Source: an uncultured SAR116 cluster alpha proteobacterium
GTDB lineage: Bacteria > Pseudomonadota > Alphaproteobacteria > Puniceispirillales > Marisalimonadaceae
Length of the DNA: 64,000 bases
Assembly (NCBI GenBank): GCA_902592615.1
Contig: CACJFI010000003.1
Location: 45,898 to 109,897, forward strand
Direction of reading: 5' to 3'
Part shown: one piece after another, positions 1 to 10,160 of the stretch
Position numbering within the stretch: position 1 is the first letter of the stretch
Layout of the letters: each line of letters starts with the position of its first letter
The notes under the pieces: generated by a model
The model's database searches: none
Seen by the model: the letters and a program-made list of their open reading frames with translations, nothing else
What the model was told of the DNA's origin: nothing
Translations under genes and position numbers: made by a program

Positions 1-1438
1 CCAAGGAATTATAGCAGGTCACATTACAGGTTATATTGGACCTTATTCTAAAAAAGATAGTAAAATAAAAATTAAACCAAATGTTTCCTGGCTTGAAGTA
101 GGAAAGGCAGGTCTAGAACAATTCTTTGACAATGAGTTAAGAGGAAAATATGGTAGAAAGAGAAATGAGGTAACATCTAAAGGACACATAATCGCATCGC
201 AGATTTATGAAAATACTATACCAGGAAGTGATATAAAAACTTCGTTAGATATGGGACTACAAGCATTCGCAATCGAGAGATTCGAAAGAGGTAATAATAC
301 CTTAGTTTCTATAAAAAATAAAAACTTCAAGAAGCAAATCAAAAAAACAAAAGACATTAATAATATAAATAAAGATTATGTTTATAAAGACAAAAAAAAT
401 AGAATTGTGGATGCTCAATCTGGTTCAGTTATAGTAATGGACATCGAAAATGGAGAAATTTTATGTTCTGTATCTTCTCCAGGATATGATCCAAATATAT
501 TTTCCAACGAATTAGAAACTAATGTTTGGAATAGTCTTAAAAACAACTCTAGATCCCCTTTTTTAAATAGAAGTATGTCCGGTGTTTATCCACCAGGCTC
601 AACAATAAAAATGGCTGTTGCTCTTGCAGCTTTAGAAAATGGTATAATTGATTACAATACTAAATTTTACTGTAATGGTTTTAAAGAATTAGGTTCTAGT
701 ACATTTCATTGCTGGGCTAAAGATGGTCATGGAAAATTAAATTTAATGGAAGCAATAGAACAATCATGCGACGTTTTTTTTTATGAATTGGGTTTAAAGG
801 TTGGAATCGACAAAATTGCATTAATGATGAAAAAACTTGGCTTGGGTCAATTTTATGATGTTGAAATTAATGACAAATCTAAAGGTGTTGTTCCTAATAT
901 CGAATGGAAACTTAAACGTGATGGATTGCAGTGGTCAATGGGTGAAACATTAAATGTATCTATTGGTCAAGGATACTTACTTACTACTCCTCTGCAATTA
1001 ACCACAATGGTTTCGAGAATAGCTAATGGTAAATTTTCTATCACTCCAACGTTAATGATGAACAAAAACCAAAATAGATTTGAACCATTGAACATAAACC
1101 CTCAGCACCTAGAATTTATTAAAAAATCTATGGAAAGGGTAGTTAAAGGAATTAATGGCACTGCAAGAAATTATCGAATTGGTTCAAACAAAATTGAAAT
1201 GGCTGGAAAAACTGGAACAGTACAAGTTGTTAGAATATCCGAAGTAGAAAGAGAAAAGGGCTTAATTAAAAATGAGGACAGGCCCTGGAAAAAAAGAGAT
1301 CATGCGTTATTTGTAGGATATGCACCTACTTCAAAACCAAAATATTCTATTTCCGTAGTAGTAGAACATGGAGGAAGTGGTTCATCTGTAGCTGCTCCAA
1401 TAGCCAGAGATATTTTCAAGTATATTTTTAAAGTATAA
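1..1438 (+). CDS. mrdA: Penicillin-binding protein 2 (5'-partial; frame open from window start)
   Basis: Transpeptidase motifs GSTIK (SxxK), SCD and KTGT; frame open upstream of 251 (QGIIAGHITGYIG); directly followed by rodA. Confidence 0.93.
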   Translation, partial: QGIIAGHITGYIGPYSKKDSKIKIKPNVSWLEVGKAGLEQFFDNELRGKYGRKRNEVTSKGHIIASQIYENTIPGSDIKTSLDMGLQAFAIERFERGNNTLVSIKNKNFKKQIKKTKDINNINKDYVYKDKKNRIVDAQSGSVIVMDIENGEILCSVSSPGYDPNIFSNELETNVWNSLKNNSRSPFLNRSMSGVYPPGSTIKMAVALAALENGIIDYNTKFYCNGFKELGSSTFHCWAKDGHGKLNLMEAIEQSCDVFFYELGLKVGIDKIALMMKKLGLGQFYDVEINDKSKGVVPNIEWKLKRDGLQWSMGETLNVSIGQGYLLTTPLQLTTMVSRIANGKFSITPTLMMNKNQNRFEPLNINPQHLEFIKKSMERVVKGINGTARNYRIGSNKIEMAGKTGTVQVVRISEVEREKGLIKNEDRPWKKRDHALFVGYAPTSKPKYSISVVVEHGGSGSSVAAPIARDIFKYIFKV

Positions 1439-1451
1439 AGCGGGTGTTCAG

Positions 1452-2579
1452 ATGAATTATAAATTAAATAAACCTTATGAAGAAAACTATGGTTTTATAT
1501 TTTTTTCAAAATTGTCAAAGCTAAATTTTTTAATCATAGTATGCATAATTTTGCTTGGCTGTGTTGGTGTTGTATCTCTATATTCTGCAGCTGGCGGATA
1601 TTGGGATCCTTGGGCTAAAACACATTTAATTAGATTGATATTTGGAATTTCCTTAATGTTAATTTTAGCTTTTATCCCCCACGATGTTTTTGTTAGATTA
1701 AGTGTTATATCCTTTATTATTGGGATAATAAGTTTAATCTTAATAAAATTTGTTGGTACAGGAAATGTTCAAAGGTGGATTACACTGGGAGGAATAAACT
1801 TTCAACCTTCAGAAGCCATGAAACTAGCTTTAATTTTAATTTTGGCTAGGTATTTTGATCATATTTCAAGGATTGAATTAGATAAACTTAAAACTTACGT
1901 TATTCCTCTTTTTTTAATTTTTTTACCTGGGTTTTTAGTAATTTCTCAGCCAGATTTGGGAACAGGGCTGACTATAATATTATTAGGATTAGCAATTTTA
2001 TTCTTTGTAGGAATTTCAATTAAATTTGTAGTATTTTGCTTTATTCTATTATCTTCTTCAATTCCTTTCATCTGGAATCAACTCTATGATTATCAAAAAG
2101 AAAGGATTTTAGTATTTTTAAATCCTGAAATTGACAGTCTAGGAAGTGGATACCAAATCATACAATCAAAGATTGCTATTGGTTCCGGTGGATTTTTTGG
2201 TAAAGGTTATTTATTAGGAAGCCAAAGTAGATTGAATTACTTACCTGAAAAACATACAGATTTTATTTTTACACTGATTTCAGAAGAACTTGGTTTTATA
2301 GGATCAATATCTATCATATCAATATTTTGTATTTTAATTATTTCCGTTATGAAAATTTCTTTTAAAGTTCAATCTCTTTTTTCAAAAATAGTTACTTTCG
2401 GAATTGGGTTTTTATTGTTTTTATACTTAAGTTTAAATATAGGAATGGTATGTGGACTTTTGCCTGTTGTAGGAGCACCACTACCATTGATAAGTTATGG
2501 GGGTACTTCCTTGTTAACTGTATTGATTGGGTTAGGAATAGTGTTGAGTATTAATATTCATGACAAAGAAGTTCTATGA
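1452..2579 (+). CDS. rodA: Rod shape-determining protein RodA (SEDS family)
   Basis: FQPSE, QPDLGT, GSGGFFGKG, PEKHTDFIF and LPLISYGG motifs; multiple TM helices; adjacent to mrdA. Confidence 0.95.
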   Translation: MNYKLNKPYEENYGFIFFSKLSKLNFLIIVCIILLGCVGVVSLYSAAGGYWDPWAKTHLIRLIFGISLMLILAFIPHDVFVRLSVISFIIGIISLILIKFVGTGNVQRWITLGGINFQPSEAMKLALILILARYFDHISRIELDKLKTYVIPLFLIFLPGFLVISQPDLGTGLTIILLGLAILFFVGISIKFVVFCFILLSSSIPFIWNQLYDYQKERILVFLNPEIDSLGSGYQIIQSKIAIGSGGFFGKGYLLGSQSRLNYLPEKHTDFIFTLISEELGFIGSISIISIFCILIISVMKISFKVQSLFSKIVTFGIGFLLFLYLSLNIGMVCGLLPVVGAPLPLISYGGTSLLTVLIGLGIVLSINIHDKEVL

Positions 2580-2606
2580 TATAAAATAATAAATATTGAG
2601 GTTAAA

Positions 2607-3578
2607 TTGTTTAGATTTTTCGTACTTAAAAAATGGTTTTTATGGTCTTGGTTAGGATCATTTATAATATTATCATCTTTATGGGTTCAGGTTAAAATAG
2701 ACGTTAAAATCAACGAATGGTTTGGTGAATTTTATGACATGATACAAAAGGCTCTATCAAAGCCTAACTCAATAACAATGCAAGAGTATTGGGATAGTTT
2801 GTTTTCATTTATATCATTAGCAGGACTTTATGTTTCAGTATATGTTATAATGATTTTTTTTACTGCTCATTATCTATTTAGATGGCGAACTGCAATGGTA
2901 GAGTGGTATCACTCTGTGTATGATAAGGCATGTAAAATTGAAGGTGCAGCACAAAGAGTGCAAGAAGACACAATAAAATTCTCTCGCATAATGGAATCAT
3001 TAGGCACGAGTTTAATAGAATCAATAATGGTACTAATCCAATTTATACCAATTTTATTAGGTCTGTCAGTTGGTATCCCAATATATTTTTTTGGAGATTG
3101 GGAATATGGATTAATTACTGGTGCTTTGTTGTGGACTATTGGGGGTACAATTTTTTTAATTGGTTTAGGATGGGTTTTAAGATTAGTTGGAGTTGAATAT
3201 GATCTTCAAAAAAAGGAAGCTGCTTACAGGAAACTCCTTGTTATTGCTGAAGATGATAATTCTATTCGTCCTAAAAATATTGAAGAATTATTTGCAGACG
3301 TAAGATCTATACATTTCTTTAGTTTTATTAGATACTTGTATTTTAATATTGGTCGAATGGCTTACATGCAGGCTAATGTATTATCAGCTTATGTTTTCTT
3401 AGCTCCAGCGATAGTTGCTGGAGTTGTTACACTTGGTGTAATGCAACAAATAATAAGAGCATTTGGGAGAGTCGAAGGTTCTATGCAATACTTATTAAGG
3501 GCATGGCCAACAATTATTGAATTAGCAAGTGTCTATAGACGTTTGCGAGAATTTGAAAACCGAATTTTAGAAAATTAA
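2607..3578 (+). CDS. SbmA/BacA-like peptide transporter
   Basis: FRWRTAM, IEGAAQRVQEDT and EAAYRKLLV motifs typical of the SbmA/BacA family; TM segments. Confidence 0.8.
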   Translation: MFRFFVLKKWFLWSWLGSFIILSSLWVQVKIDVKINEWFGEFYDMIQKALSKPNSITMQEYWDSLFSFISLAGLYVSVYVIMIFFTAHYLFRWRTAMVEWYHSVYDKACKIEGAAQRVQEDTIKFSRIMESLGTSLIESIMVLIQFIPILLGLSVGIPIYFFGDWEYGLITGALLWTIGGTIFLIGLGWVLRLVGVEYDLQKKEAAYRKLLVIAEDDNSIRPKNIEELFADVRSIHFFSFIRYLYFNIGRMAYMQANVLSAYVFLAPAIVAGVVTLGVMQQIIRAFGRVEGSMQYLLRAWPTIIELASVYRRLREFENRILEN

Positions 3579-3593
3579 CTTAATGTTATATTT

Positions 3594-4394
3594 ATGAATG
3601 AACTATCTTTTGCAATTGGAATTTTAAGTTGGAGAGGATACGATAGCCTAGAAAACTCGTTATATTCATATAAAAAAAATGGTCTTTCTGATATGACTAA
3701 TCATAAGTTTGTATGTCTACCTGATTTTACAGAAGAAGGTATTAAAATTGCCAAAAAGTATAATTATAAGCCAATATTAATTAATAACAATATAGGAATT
3801 CTTGAAGGTTTTAAATTTCTTGCAGAACAAATGCCTCAAGGTCCAATTTTACTTTTAGAAAATGATTTAGAGTTGATTGAAAATAAAAAAGAAACATATG
3901 CACAATTACAAAAATCAATAAAATTATTAAATGAACACAGGGTAATTCAAGTTAGACTAAGAAGTAAAATAAATCCAGGAGAACCTTTTGTAGGATTAAA
4001 AAAGTACAAAAACTATTGGTCTAGTAATATAATATCAAGAATTAAAAGATTATTAAGACCTTTTAAAGCTCGTAAATTAATTGGAACTTCTACTTATCAT
4101 CATGAAGAACCCGATAAAATCCATCCTAACTTTGTAAAAAAAATTTATGAAGGGTTTTATATAGTACCTAGTTCTGTTTTAACATGGGCTAATTTAGCAA
4201 TATTAGTTGATAGAGATATTTATTTAGAAACTATAATAAAAAAAGCAGAACAAATTAAGTCAAAAAAACACATTAATGGTTTTAAAAACATTGAAATCGA
4301 GTTAAATAATTCATGGTGGCGAAATAAACAATTTAAAATTCTCATTACCCCAGGTTTATTTAAACATAATCGATTATCACACAGAGGTTACTAG
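3594..4394 (+). CDS. Hypothetical protein, possibly GT-A glycosyltransferase-like
   Basis: 266 aa ORF; N-terminal IGILSW strand and LLLEND (DxD-like) motif; weak assignment. Confidence 0.4.
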   Translation: MNELSFAIGILSWRGYDSLENSLYSYKKNGLSDMTNHKFVCLPDFTEEGIKIAKKYNYKPILINNNIGILEGFKFLAEQMPQGPILLLENDLELIENKKETYAQLQKSIKLLNEHRVIQVRLRSKINPGEPFVGLKKYKNYWSSNIISRIKRLLRPFKARKLIGTSTYHHEEPDKIHPNFVKKIYEGFYIVPSSVLTWANLAILVDRDIYLETIIKKAEQIKSKKHINGFKNIEIELNNSWWRNKQFKILITPGLFKHNRLSHRGY

Positions 4395-5683
4395 TTTTTT
4401 TTATTTTTTTTATTTATTTGATACGCTCTGCCAATTGAGAGATTGTTATTAGGTATATCTTTATTAAAAACACTTCCTGCGCCCATTGTAACGTTATCGC
4501 CTATTTTAATTGGAGCTATAATTGTTGAGTTTGAGCCAACAAAAGTATTTTTACCTATTTTCGTTTTATTTTTATTTTTACCATCGTAATTACACGTAAT
4601 TGTGCCAGCACCAATATTGGTTAATGAGCCAATTTCAGTGTCTCCAACGTATGACAAGTGATTAACTTTAACTTTTTTGGATAAGTTACTTTTTTTGATT
4701 TCTACAAAGTTTCCAATTTTTGAATTTTCACCAATAATAGTTTCATCTCTTATTCTTGCAAAAGGACCAATTATTGAACCTTTTTTAATTCTAGTTTCTT
4801 CTATATGTGAAAAGGACTTAATTTCTACAAATGAATCAATTACAACATTTTTCCCAAAAACCACATTAGGATGTACTATGATATCTTTACCAAATTTAGT
4901 ATCATGATTTATATAAGTTGAATTAGGGTCAATTAATCTGACACCATTCATCATAACCTTGTTCCTGATTAAATTTTGAGATATGCCCTCTGCTATCGAT
5001 AAGTCTTGCTGCGTATTAATCCCTATTATCTCTTCTTCGGCAATTTCAATAAACGATATTTTTTTATTTGCATTACTTAAAATCTTCACAATATCTGTTA
5101 AGTAATATTCTCCTGAAAGGTGATTTTTTTTAATTTTTTTTAAGTATTTCAGACAAGAACTATGTATGCCCATAATTCCACCGTTACAGAAATTTGAATT
5201 TACCTTTATTTTTTTTGAATCTTTATATTCAATAATTTCTATAGGTTTTGTCTTATTGTCAAAAACTATTTTACCATATTTATTTTTTTCATTTTTCTTA
5301 AAACCCGTTAGTACTAGCTCATTACCATTTTTAAAAGATTTTATAATTTTTTTAAGTGTCTTTGTAGTTATAAAAGGGGTATCTGCAAAACATATAAGTA
5401 ATGCTCCTTCAAAATTATCTAATAGTGAAGTTGCTTTTCTAACAGCATCTCCTGTTCCCATTGGTTTTTTTTGTATAACAGTATGTAAATTTTGATGGAC
5501 AATATTAATATTATCGAATCCTTGTGGTACAACTACTATTGAATTTTTTATCCCAGCAGATTTATTAGTGTCAATAACCCACTGAAGCATAGTCTTCCCA
5601 GAAATTAAATGTAAAGGTTTTGGTGTGCTTGAAAGCATCCTACTTCCTTTGCCAGCACTTAATATAATTGAATAAATTTCCAT
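4391..5683 (-). CDS. glmU: Bifunctional UDP-GlcNAc pyrophosphorylase / glucosamine-1-phosphate acetyltransferase
   Basis: LSAGKGSRM, EYYLTD, GNFVEIKKS, HLSYVGD and GAGTITCNYDG motifs. Confidence 0.96.
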   Translation of the reverse strand: MEIYSIILSAGKGSRMLSSTPKPLHLISGKTMLQWVIDTNKSAGIKNSIVVVPQGFDNINIVHQNLHTVIQKKPMGTGDAVRKATSLLDNFEGALLICFADTPFITTKTLKKIIKSFKNGNELVLTGFKKNEKNKYGKIVFDNKTKPIEIIEYKDSKKIKVNSNFCNGGIMGIHSSCLKYLKKIKKNHLSGEYYLTDIVKILSNANKKISFIEIAEEEIIGINTQQDLSIAEGISQNLIRNKVMMNGVRLIDPNSTYINHDTKFGKDIIVHPNVVFGKNVVIDSFVEIKSFSHIEETRIKKGSIIGPFARIRDETIIGENSKIGNFVEIKKSNLSKKVKVNHLSYVGDTEIGSLTNIGAGTITCNYDGKNKNKTKIGKNTFVGSNSTIIAPIKIGDNVTMGAGSVFNKDIPNNNLSIGRAYQINKKNKKN

Positions 5684-5774
5684 AAAAATGTTATATCTCT
5701 TAAGTTTACAAATATAAAGCTTTAAAATTTACGATTAAAATTATATTAATTAAATTTTATATAAGGGGGCCAAA

Positions 5775-7622
5775 ATGTGCGGTGTTGTTGCAATAATAGG
5801 AAAACAAAATGCAAGTCAACTCGTTGTTGAAGGCTTAAAAAAACTTGAGTATAGAGGTTATGACTCTGCTGGTATTGCTTCAGTATCAGGTGGAGCACTT
5901 CAAGTAACTAAGTCAAAAGGCAAATTAATCAATTTAATTGAAAAGTTAAATCAAGTATCCATTGCAAATTCATATTCTTATCCTTCAATAGCTATAGGTC
6001 ATACAAGGTGGGCTACACATGGTAATATTAACAGTGAAAATGCTCATCCATTGACAAGTGAAAATAAAGTAGCAGTTGTTCATAATGGAATTATTGAAAA
6101 TTATGAATCAATAAAAAATTCACTTGAGTCAGAAGGATATACTTTTAGAAGTCAAACCGACACTGAGGTATTGCCTCATCTCTTTATGAAATATATAAAA
6201 TTAGGAAATAATTTTTTGCAAGCAGGAAGACTTGTCTTAAAAGAAATAAAAGGCGCATTTGCCTTTGTTGCAATGAGTTTAGATTTTCCAAATGAATTAT
6301 TTGTATCTAGAAATTCGTCACCATTAGCCATTGGTATAGGTGACAAATCAAATTTTGTTGGTTCAGACGCTCACTCAATAGATCATTTAACCCAAAAAAT
6401 AATTTATCTAGAGGATGGTGATCATGCTTTGATTAATTTGGAGAATATTGAGATTTTTAATATTAATGGAGAAAAAGTTAATAGGAAAATTATTAATATA
6501 AAAGCTGAAATTGGTTTAATAACAAAAGGTGGTTATAAACATTTTATGGAAAAGGAAATTTTTGAACAACCTTCAGTAATTCCTCAAACGATTTCGACTT
6601 TTATCAATAATGACACTGAAATAAAAATAGATCTAAATAAATTAGGATTTAAAAATAAAAATACTTTGCTTATTTCTGCCGCTGGAACTAGCTACTATGC
6701 TGCAATGGTTGGTAAATATTGGATTGAACATATTGCTGATTTACCCGTTATAATCGATTTAGCTTCAGAATATAGATATCGAAAACCATCCGTTTTTGGT
6801 CAAAGCGCTATGTTGGTTATTTCACAGTCTGGTGAAAGTTTGGATACTCTTATGGCATTAAGGCATGGTAAAGAGCTTGGATTAAATACTAATGCTATTG
6901 TTAATGTTGAAGGAAGCACTATAGATAGAGAAGTAGATTATAGTTTATATACCAGAGCTGGAGCAGAAATAGGTGTGGCAAGTACAAAATCTTTCACTTC
7001 TCAGTTAGTTGTTTTATTTATAATTGCTGTCGCTCTAGGAAAAAAATTTAAAAATTTAAAACAAGAACAAGCGCAAAAAATTTTCTCTTACATACACGCA
7101 TTGCCTAGTGCTATTGCGCAGGTGCTCAATATGGAAAATGAAATTAAGTCTGTGGCCCAGAATATAAAAAATGCGAAAAGCATAATCTTTCTTGGTAGGG
7201 GGCTTTTGTACCCTCTGGCATTAGAAGGTGCTTTGAAGTTAAAAGAAATTAGTTATATTCATGCCGAAGGCTTTGCAGCTGGAGAAATGAAACATGGTCC
7301 TATTGCTTTAATTGAAGATCAAGTGCCAGTAATAATGTTTTTAGTATCAGATGGTAATGAAGATAAAGCTATCAGCAACCTTCAAGAAGCCTGCTCTAGA
7401 GGAGCTAAGATTATTCTAATTGCAGACAAGAATTGTATTCAAAAGGCTTCTTTTGCTCACTATAAAATAGAAATACCAAGTTTTGATACTGATTTTAAAT
7501 CATTATTATCACCATTTCTTATGGCAATACCAGCTCAGTTGTTAGCCTATCATGTTGCTAATGAAAGAGGTACTGATGTTGACCAACCAAGAAATTTAGC
7601 AAAATCAGTCACCGTGGAATAA
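5775..7622 (+). CDS. glmS: Glutamine--fructose-6-phosphate aminotransferase
   Basis: MCGVV N-terminus, LEYRGYDSAG, GHTRWATHG, C-terminal DQPRNLAKSVTVE. Confidence 0.98.
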   Translation: MCGVVAIIGKQNASQLVVEGLKKLEYRGYDSAGIASVSGGALQVTKSKGKLINLIEKLNQVSIANSYSYPSIAIGHTRWATHGNINSENAHPLTSENKVAVVHNGIIENYESIKNSLESEGYTFRSQTDTEVLPHLFMKYIKLGNNFLQAGRLVLKEIKGAFAFVAMSLDFPNELFVSRNSSPLAIGIGDKSNFVGSDAHSIDHLTQKIIYLEDGDHALINLENIEIFNINGEKVNRKIINIKAEIGLITKGGYKHFMEKEIFEQPSVIPQTISTFINNDTEIKIDLNKLGFKNKNTLLISAAGTSYYAAMVGKYWIEHIADLPVIIDLASEYRYRKPSVFGQSAMLVISQSGESLDTLMALRHGKELGLNTNAIVNVEGSTIDREVDYSLYTRAGAEIGVASTKSFTSQLVVLFIIAVALGKKFKNLKQEQAQKIFSYIHALPSAIAQVLNMENEIKSVAQNIKNAKSIIFLGRGLLYPLALEGALKLKEISYIHAEGFAAGEMKHGPIALIEDQVPVIMFLVSDGNEDKAISNLQEACSRGAKIILIADKNCIQKASFAHYKIEIPSFDTDFKSLLSPFLMAIPAQLLAYHVANERGTDVDQPRNLAKSVTVE

Positions 7623-7640
7623 TTTCAACTGATGAAATAA
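7605..7640 (+). repeat. att-like site 1: glmS core TCAGTCACCGTGGAATAA plus right arm A CAACTGATGAAATAA (7626-7640)
   Basis: Arm is the exact reverse complement of 9159-9173; both arms lie 13 bp from the central AC. Confidence 0.85.
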
Positions 7641-7663
7641 CTTTTCCAAAATATAATCATTAT

Positions 7664-7972
7664 TTGTGTTTTACTGTAACAGTTAGAACGAATAAGTTTG
7701 CATTAAAACAAAACCAAAAATATTCACCAGAACAAGAAGAAATTTTTAAAAAAATAAAATCATTACATCAATCTGGGTTGGGTTATAGAAAAATTTCATA
7801 CAAACTCAATGCAGAAAATATTAAAACACAAAGAGGTAATAAGTGGGGGTGTAATAATGTTTATTCAGTTCTCAAAAGACATAAAGAAAGAGAAGATAGA
7901 TTAGAGTTTATCAACAAAGAATATGAACCAGTATGGAGTAAAATGGAAGTTAAGTGGGAACTAGAGAGATAA
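7664..7972 (+). CDS. Small stand-alone Recombinase-domain protein (serine recombinase DNA-binding domain); true start uncertain
   Basis: GLGYRKISYKLNAENIKTQRGNKWGCNNVYSVLK fits the PF07508-like pattern; no catalytic domain; frame open back to 7583. Confidence 0.72.
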   Translation: MCFTVTVRTNKFALKQNQKYSPEQEEIFKKIKSLHQSGLGYRKISYKLNAENIKTQRGNKWGCNNVYSVLKRHKEREDRLEFINKEYEPVWSKMEVKWELER

Positions 7973-8048
7973 TGGTATCAGTGAATAAATATTATTTATA
8001 TTTTAAAACAAGATTTTAACTAAAAGAAATCTACTTAATAACTAAAGT

Positions 8049-8963
8049 CTAAAGTATCAAATCATAAGAAAAACTGTTTTCAACATCTTCCATGGTTCTT
8101 ATTATTTTATCATTGTTATAAATAAAATCTAATATTTCTTTTTGTAGATAAAAACAATCCAATGGAGATAGAGTATTAAGATTTCTTTTTGGGTCACTAT
8201 GTATTATGCAGTTTCTAAATTTATTAAATTTTTTATATCTTCTTTTATTCAATAAATTTGATAAACCTTCTTTATCCTCTAGTTTACAATTTTGGTCTAT
8301 AATTTTTCCATAAAGTTGCATAGTAGGCAATCTTTTAAATTTTTGTTTCATGTCAAATAAAATATCTTTTTGTTGTATGTTAAACTTTTCCTGTGACACC
8401 GTTTCTTGTTTCAACTTATCATCATAAACATATGTTTTTTTTTTTGGTATTGTTGACCATCTCACTATCTGTCTGAGGTATTTTTCAAAATAAACATAAA
8501 TAAGAGCACTAAATTGTGGTGTAAATTTTTCACTCATAGTTTCGTAACTTTCAAGCATTTGTATGTTGAAACTTCTATCAATATAATCAAAGGAATTAAT
8601 AAATTTTTCATGTCCTTTATTAGTAAAAAAAACCTTTTTATTTAATTTACTTTCAACTTGCTTTGTATGATTTTTATATTCTTGATTTTCAGGAAGATAT
8701 TTATCGGAAAGGGATTCATATGATGCTTTAATAGATTTTCCTAAGTTATGATAATTATATAAATTATTATGTAGCATTACAATCTCGTGATGCCAGGGCA
8801 GAAATATTTCCAAATATAAAGAATTATTTTCAAATTTTTTAAAATCATAAGTTGGAAAGAAAATATGTGGATATTTTTTGTTCCAAAAATTCTCTTGTTC
8901 TTGAAAACTTTTGAAGTTATTTAAGTAAAGTTCTTCTATATCAATAAATTTAAAATTTAACAT
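8049..8963 (-). CDS. Hypothetical protein with HEPN-like motifs
   Basis: 304 aa; FEKYLR helix and C-terminal RNCIIH (Rx4H). Confidence 0.5.
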   Translation of the reverse strand: MLNFKFIDIEELYLNNFKSFQEQENFWNKKYPHIFFPTYDFKKFENNSLYLEIFLPWHHEIVMLHNNLYNYHNLGKSIKASYESLSDKYLPENQEYKNHTKQVESKLNKKVFFTNKGHEKFINSFDYIDRSFNIQMLESYETMSEKFTPQFSALIYVYFEKYLRQIVRWSTIPKKKTYVYDDKLKQETVSQEKFNIQQKDILFDMKQKFKRLPTMQLYGKIIDQNCKLEDKEGLSNLLNKRRYKKFNKFRNCIIHSDPKRNLNTLSPLDCFYLQKEILDFIYNNDKIIRTMEDVENSFSYDLIL

Positions 8964-9158
8964 AATTTATATTTCATCTTTTTTTAACTAATTAAGACAT
9001 TTACATAAATAATTTGACTTTATAATATCATTTTATTGATGAATAAGGGAAGTTCAATCAAGTTTTAGAATAAACTTTTTTAGTAAATTTATTAATTAAA
9101 AACATTGACTTTATAATTAATAATTTGTGATTTATAATATTTTAAATATGAGTTCAAC

Positions 9159-9216
9159 TTATTTCATCAGTTGGATATAATCAGTTACCGTAGAATAGAT
9201 TCAGCTGATGAAATAA
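9159..9216 (+). repeat. att-like site 2: left arm A, core TCAGTTACCGTAGAATAG (9181-9198), right arm A
   Basis: TTATTTCATCAGTTG ... CAGCTGATGAAATAA inverted repeat symmetric about AC 9187-9188; core encodes SVTVE-stop. Confidence 0.88.
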
Positions 9217-9581
9217 CTTCTGTCGTTTCTTCAACTGATGAATTAAAAAATCCAAAATTTTCTCATTATCTTTGTTTTTGTGTGTTAGTAAAAACTAATC
9301 TATTTGTATATAAACAAAACGAAAAATATACTTCCCAACAAGAAGAAATGTTTCAATTAATAAAATCACTTCAAGAAAAAGGGTTGGGTTATAGAAAAAT
9401 ATCACAATATCTAAACGGAAAAGGTTTCACTACTCATAAAGGAAATAAATGGGGTAATAACAATGTTTATTCAGTTGTTAAACGTCATAGAGAAAGAGAA
9501 AACCGATTAAGGGTTATGAAGAAGATATATCAACCCAACTGGGGTAAAATGAAAGTTATTTGGGAAAGAAACCAAGACTAG
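9171..9581 (+). CDS. Small Recombinase-domain protein, paralogue of 7664-7972
   Basis: GLGYRKISQYLNGKGFTTHKGNKWGNNNVYSVVK; roughly 60% identical by eye to the first copy; TTG start lies in the left arm of site 2. Confidence 0.72.
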   Translation: MDIISYRRIDSADEITSVVSSTDELKNPKFSHYLCFCVLVKTNLFVYKQNEKYTSQQEEMFQLIKSLQEKGLGYRKISQYLNGKGFTTHKGNKWGNNNVYSVVKRHRERENRLRVMKKIYQPNWGKMKVIWERNQD

Positions 9582-9623
9582 GTTTTTGAATTGATACTTA
9601 TTGCTTTGTTTGTAAAAGATTCA

Positions 9624-10160
9624 TTATTTAAAATACTTTGATTGCTCCAAGTATTTCCATAATGTTATTTCTAAAATAGCAGCACCTAATTTGGATTCAA
9701 ATGTATCCGTTGGCAATATGTTTGGTGATACTTTTGCTATTTCTTCTGCTTCTTTATACAATTTCATTTGTTCATCATTAAGAGATTTAGACTTCAATTT
9801 ATAAGATACAAAAGCACAAACTTTTCCATGTCTTGCCCCAAGTAAATATAAATGATTTCGTTCTTCTGCAAGATATTTGTCCAAATATTCATTATTAGAA
9901 TTTAGAGACATATAGGTTATCTTCGTATTTAGTTTTAAATTCAAATATTTTAAAAACTCATGGTAAAACTTTGCTCTTTCTAACTTTGTGGTTTCCTCAA
10001 TTCCTAAAACTAACTTGTTATGAATTATAACATTATAATTAACAAAGTTGATTATATAACCAGCAATGTATGGTTCATCATAAAATTCATCTGGTATTTC
10101 ATTACCAGTTTTAATTTTACAATTAGTTTTAAATACTTCTGCAATTTCTTCTGGTGTCAT
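9624..10160 (-). CDS. Hypothetical protein (unit 2 cargo)
   Basis: 178 aa ATG ORF, no recognisable motif. Confidence 0.55.
   Translation of the reverse strand: MTPEEIAEVFKTNCKIKTGNEIPDEFYDEPYIAGYIINFVNYNVIIHNKLVLGIEETTKLERAKFYHEFLKYLNLKLNTKITYMSLNSNNEYLDKYLAEERNHLYLLGARHGKVCAFVSYKLKSKSLNDEQMKLYKEAEEIAKVSPNILPTDTFESKLGAAILEITLWKYLEQSKYFK

Noticed and set aside
9014-9117. TTGACTTTATAAT repeated at 9014 and 9105 as a promoter
   Set aside because: The -35-like and -10-like hexamers are adjacent rather than 17 bp apart; the repeat is real but no function can be supported.
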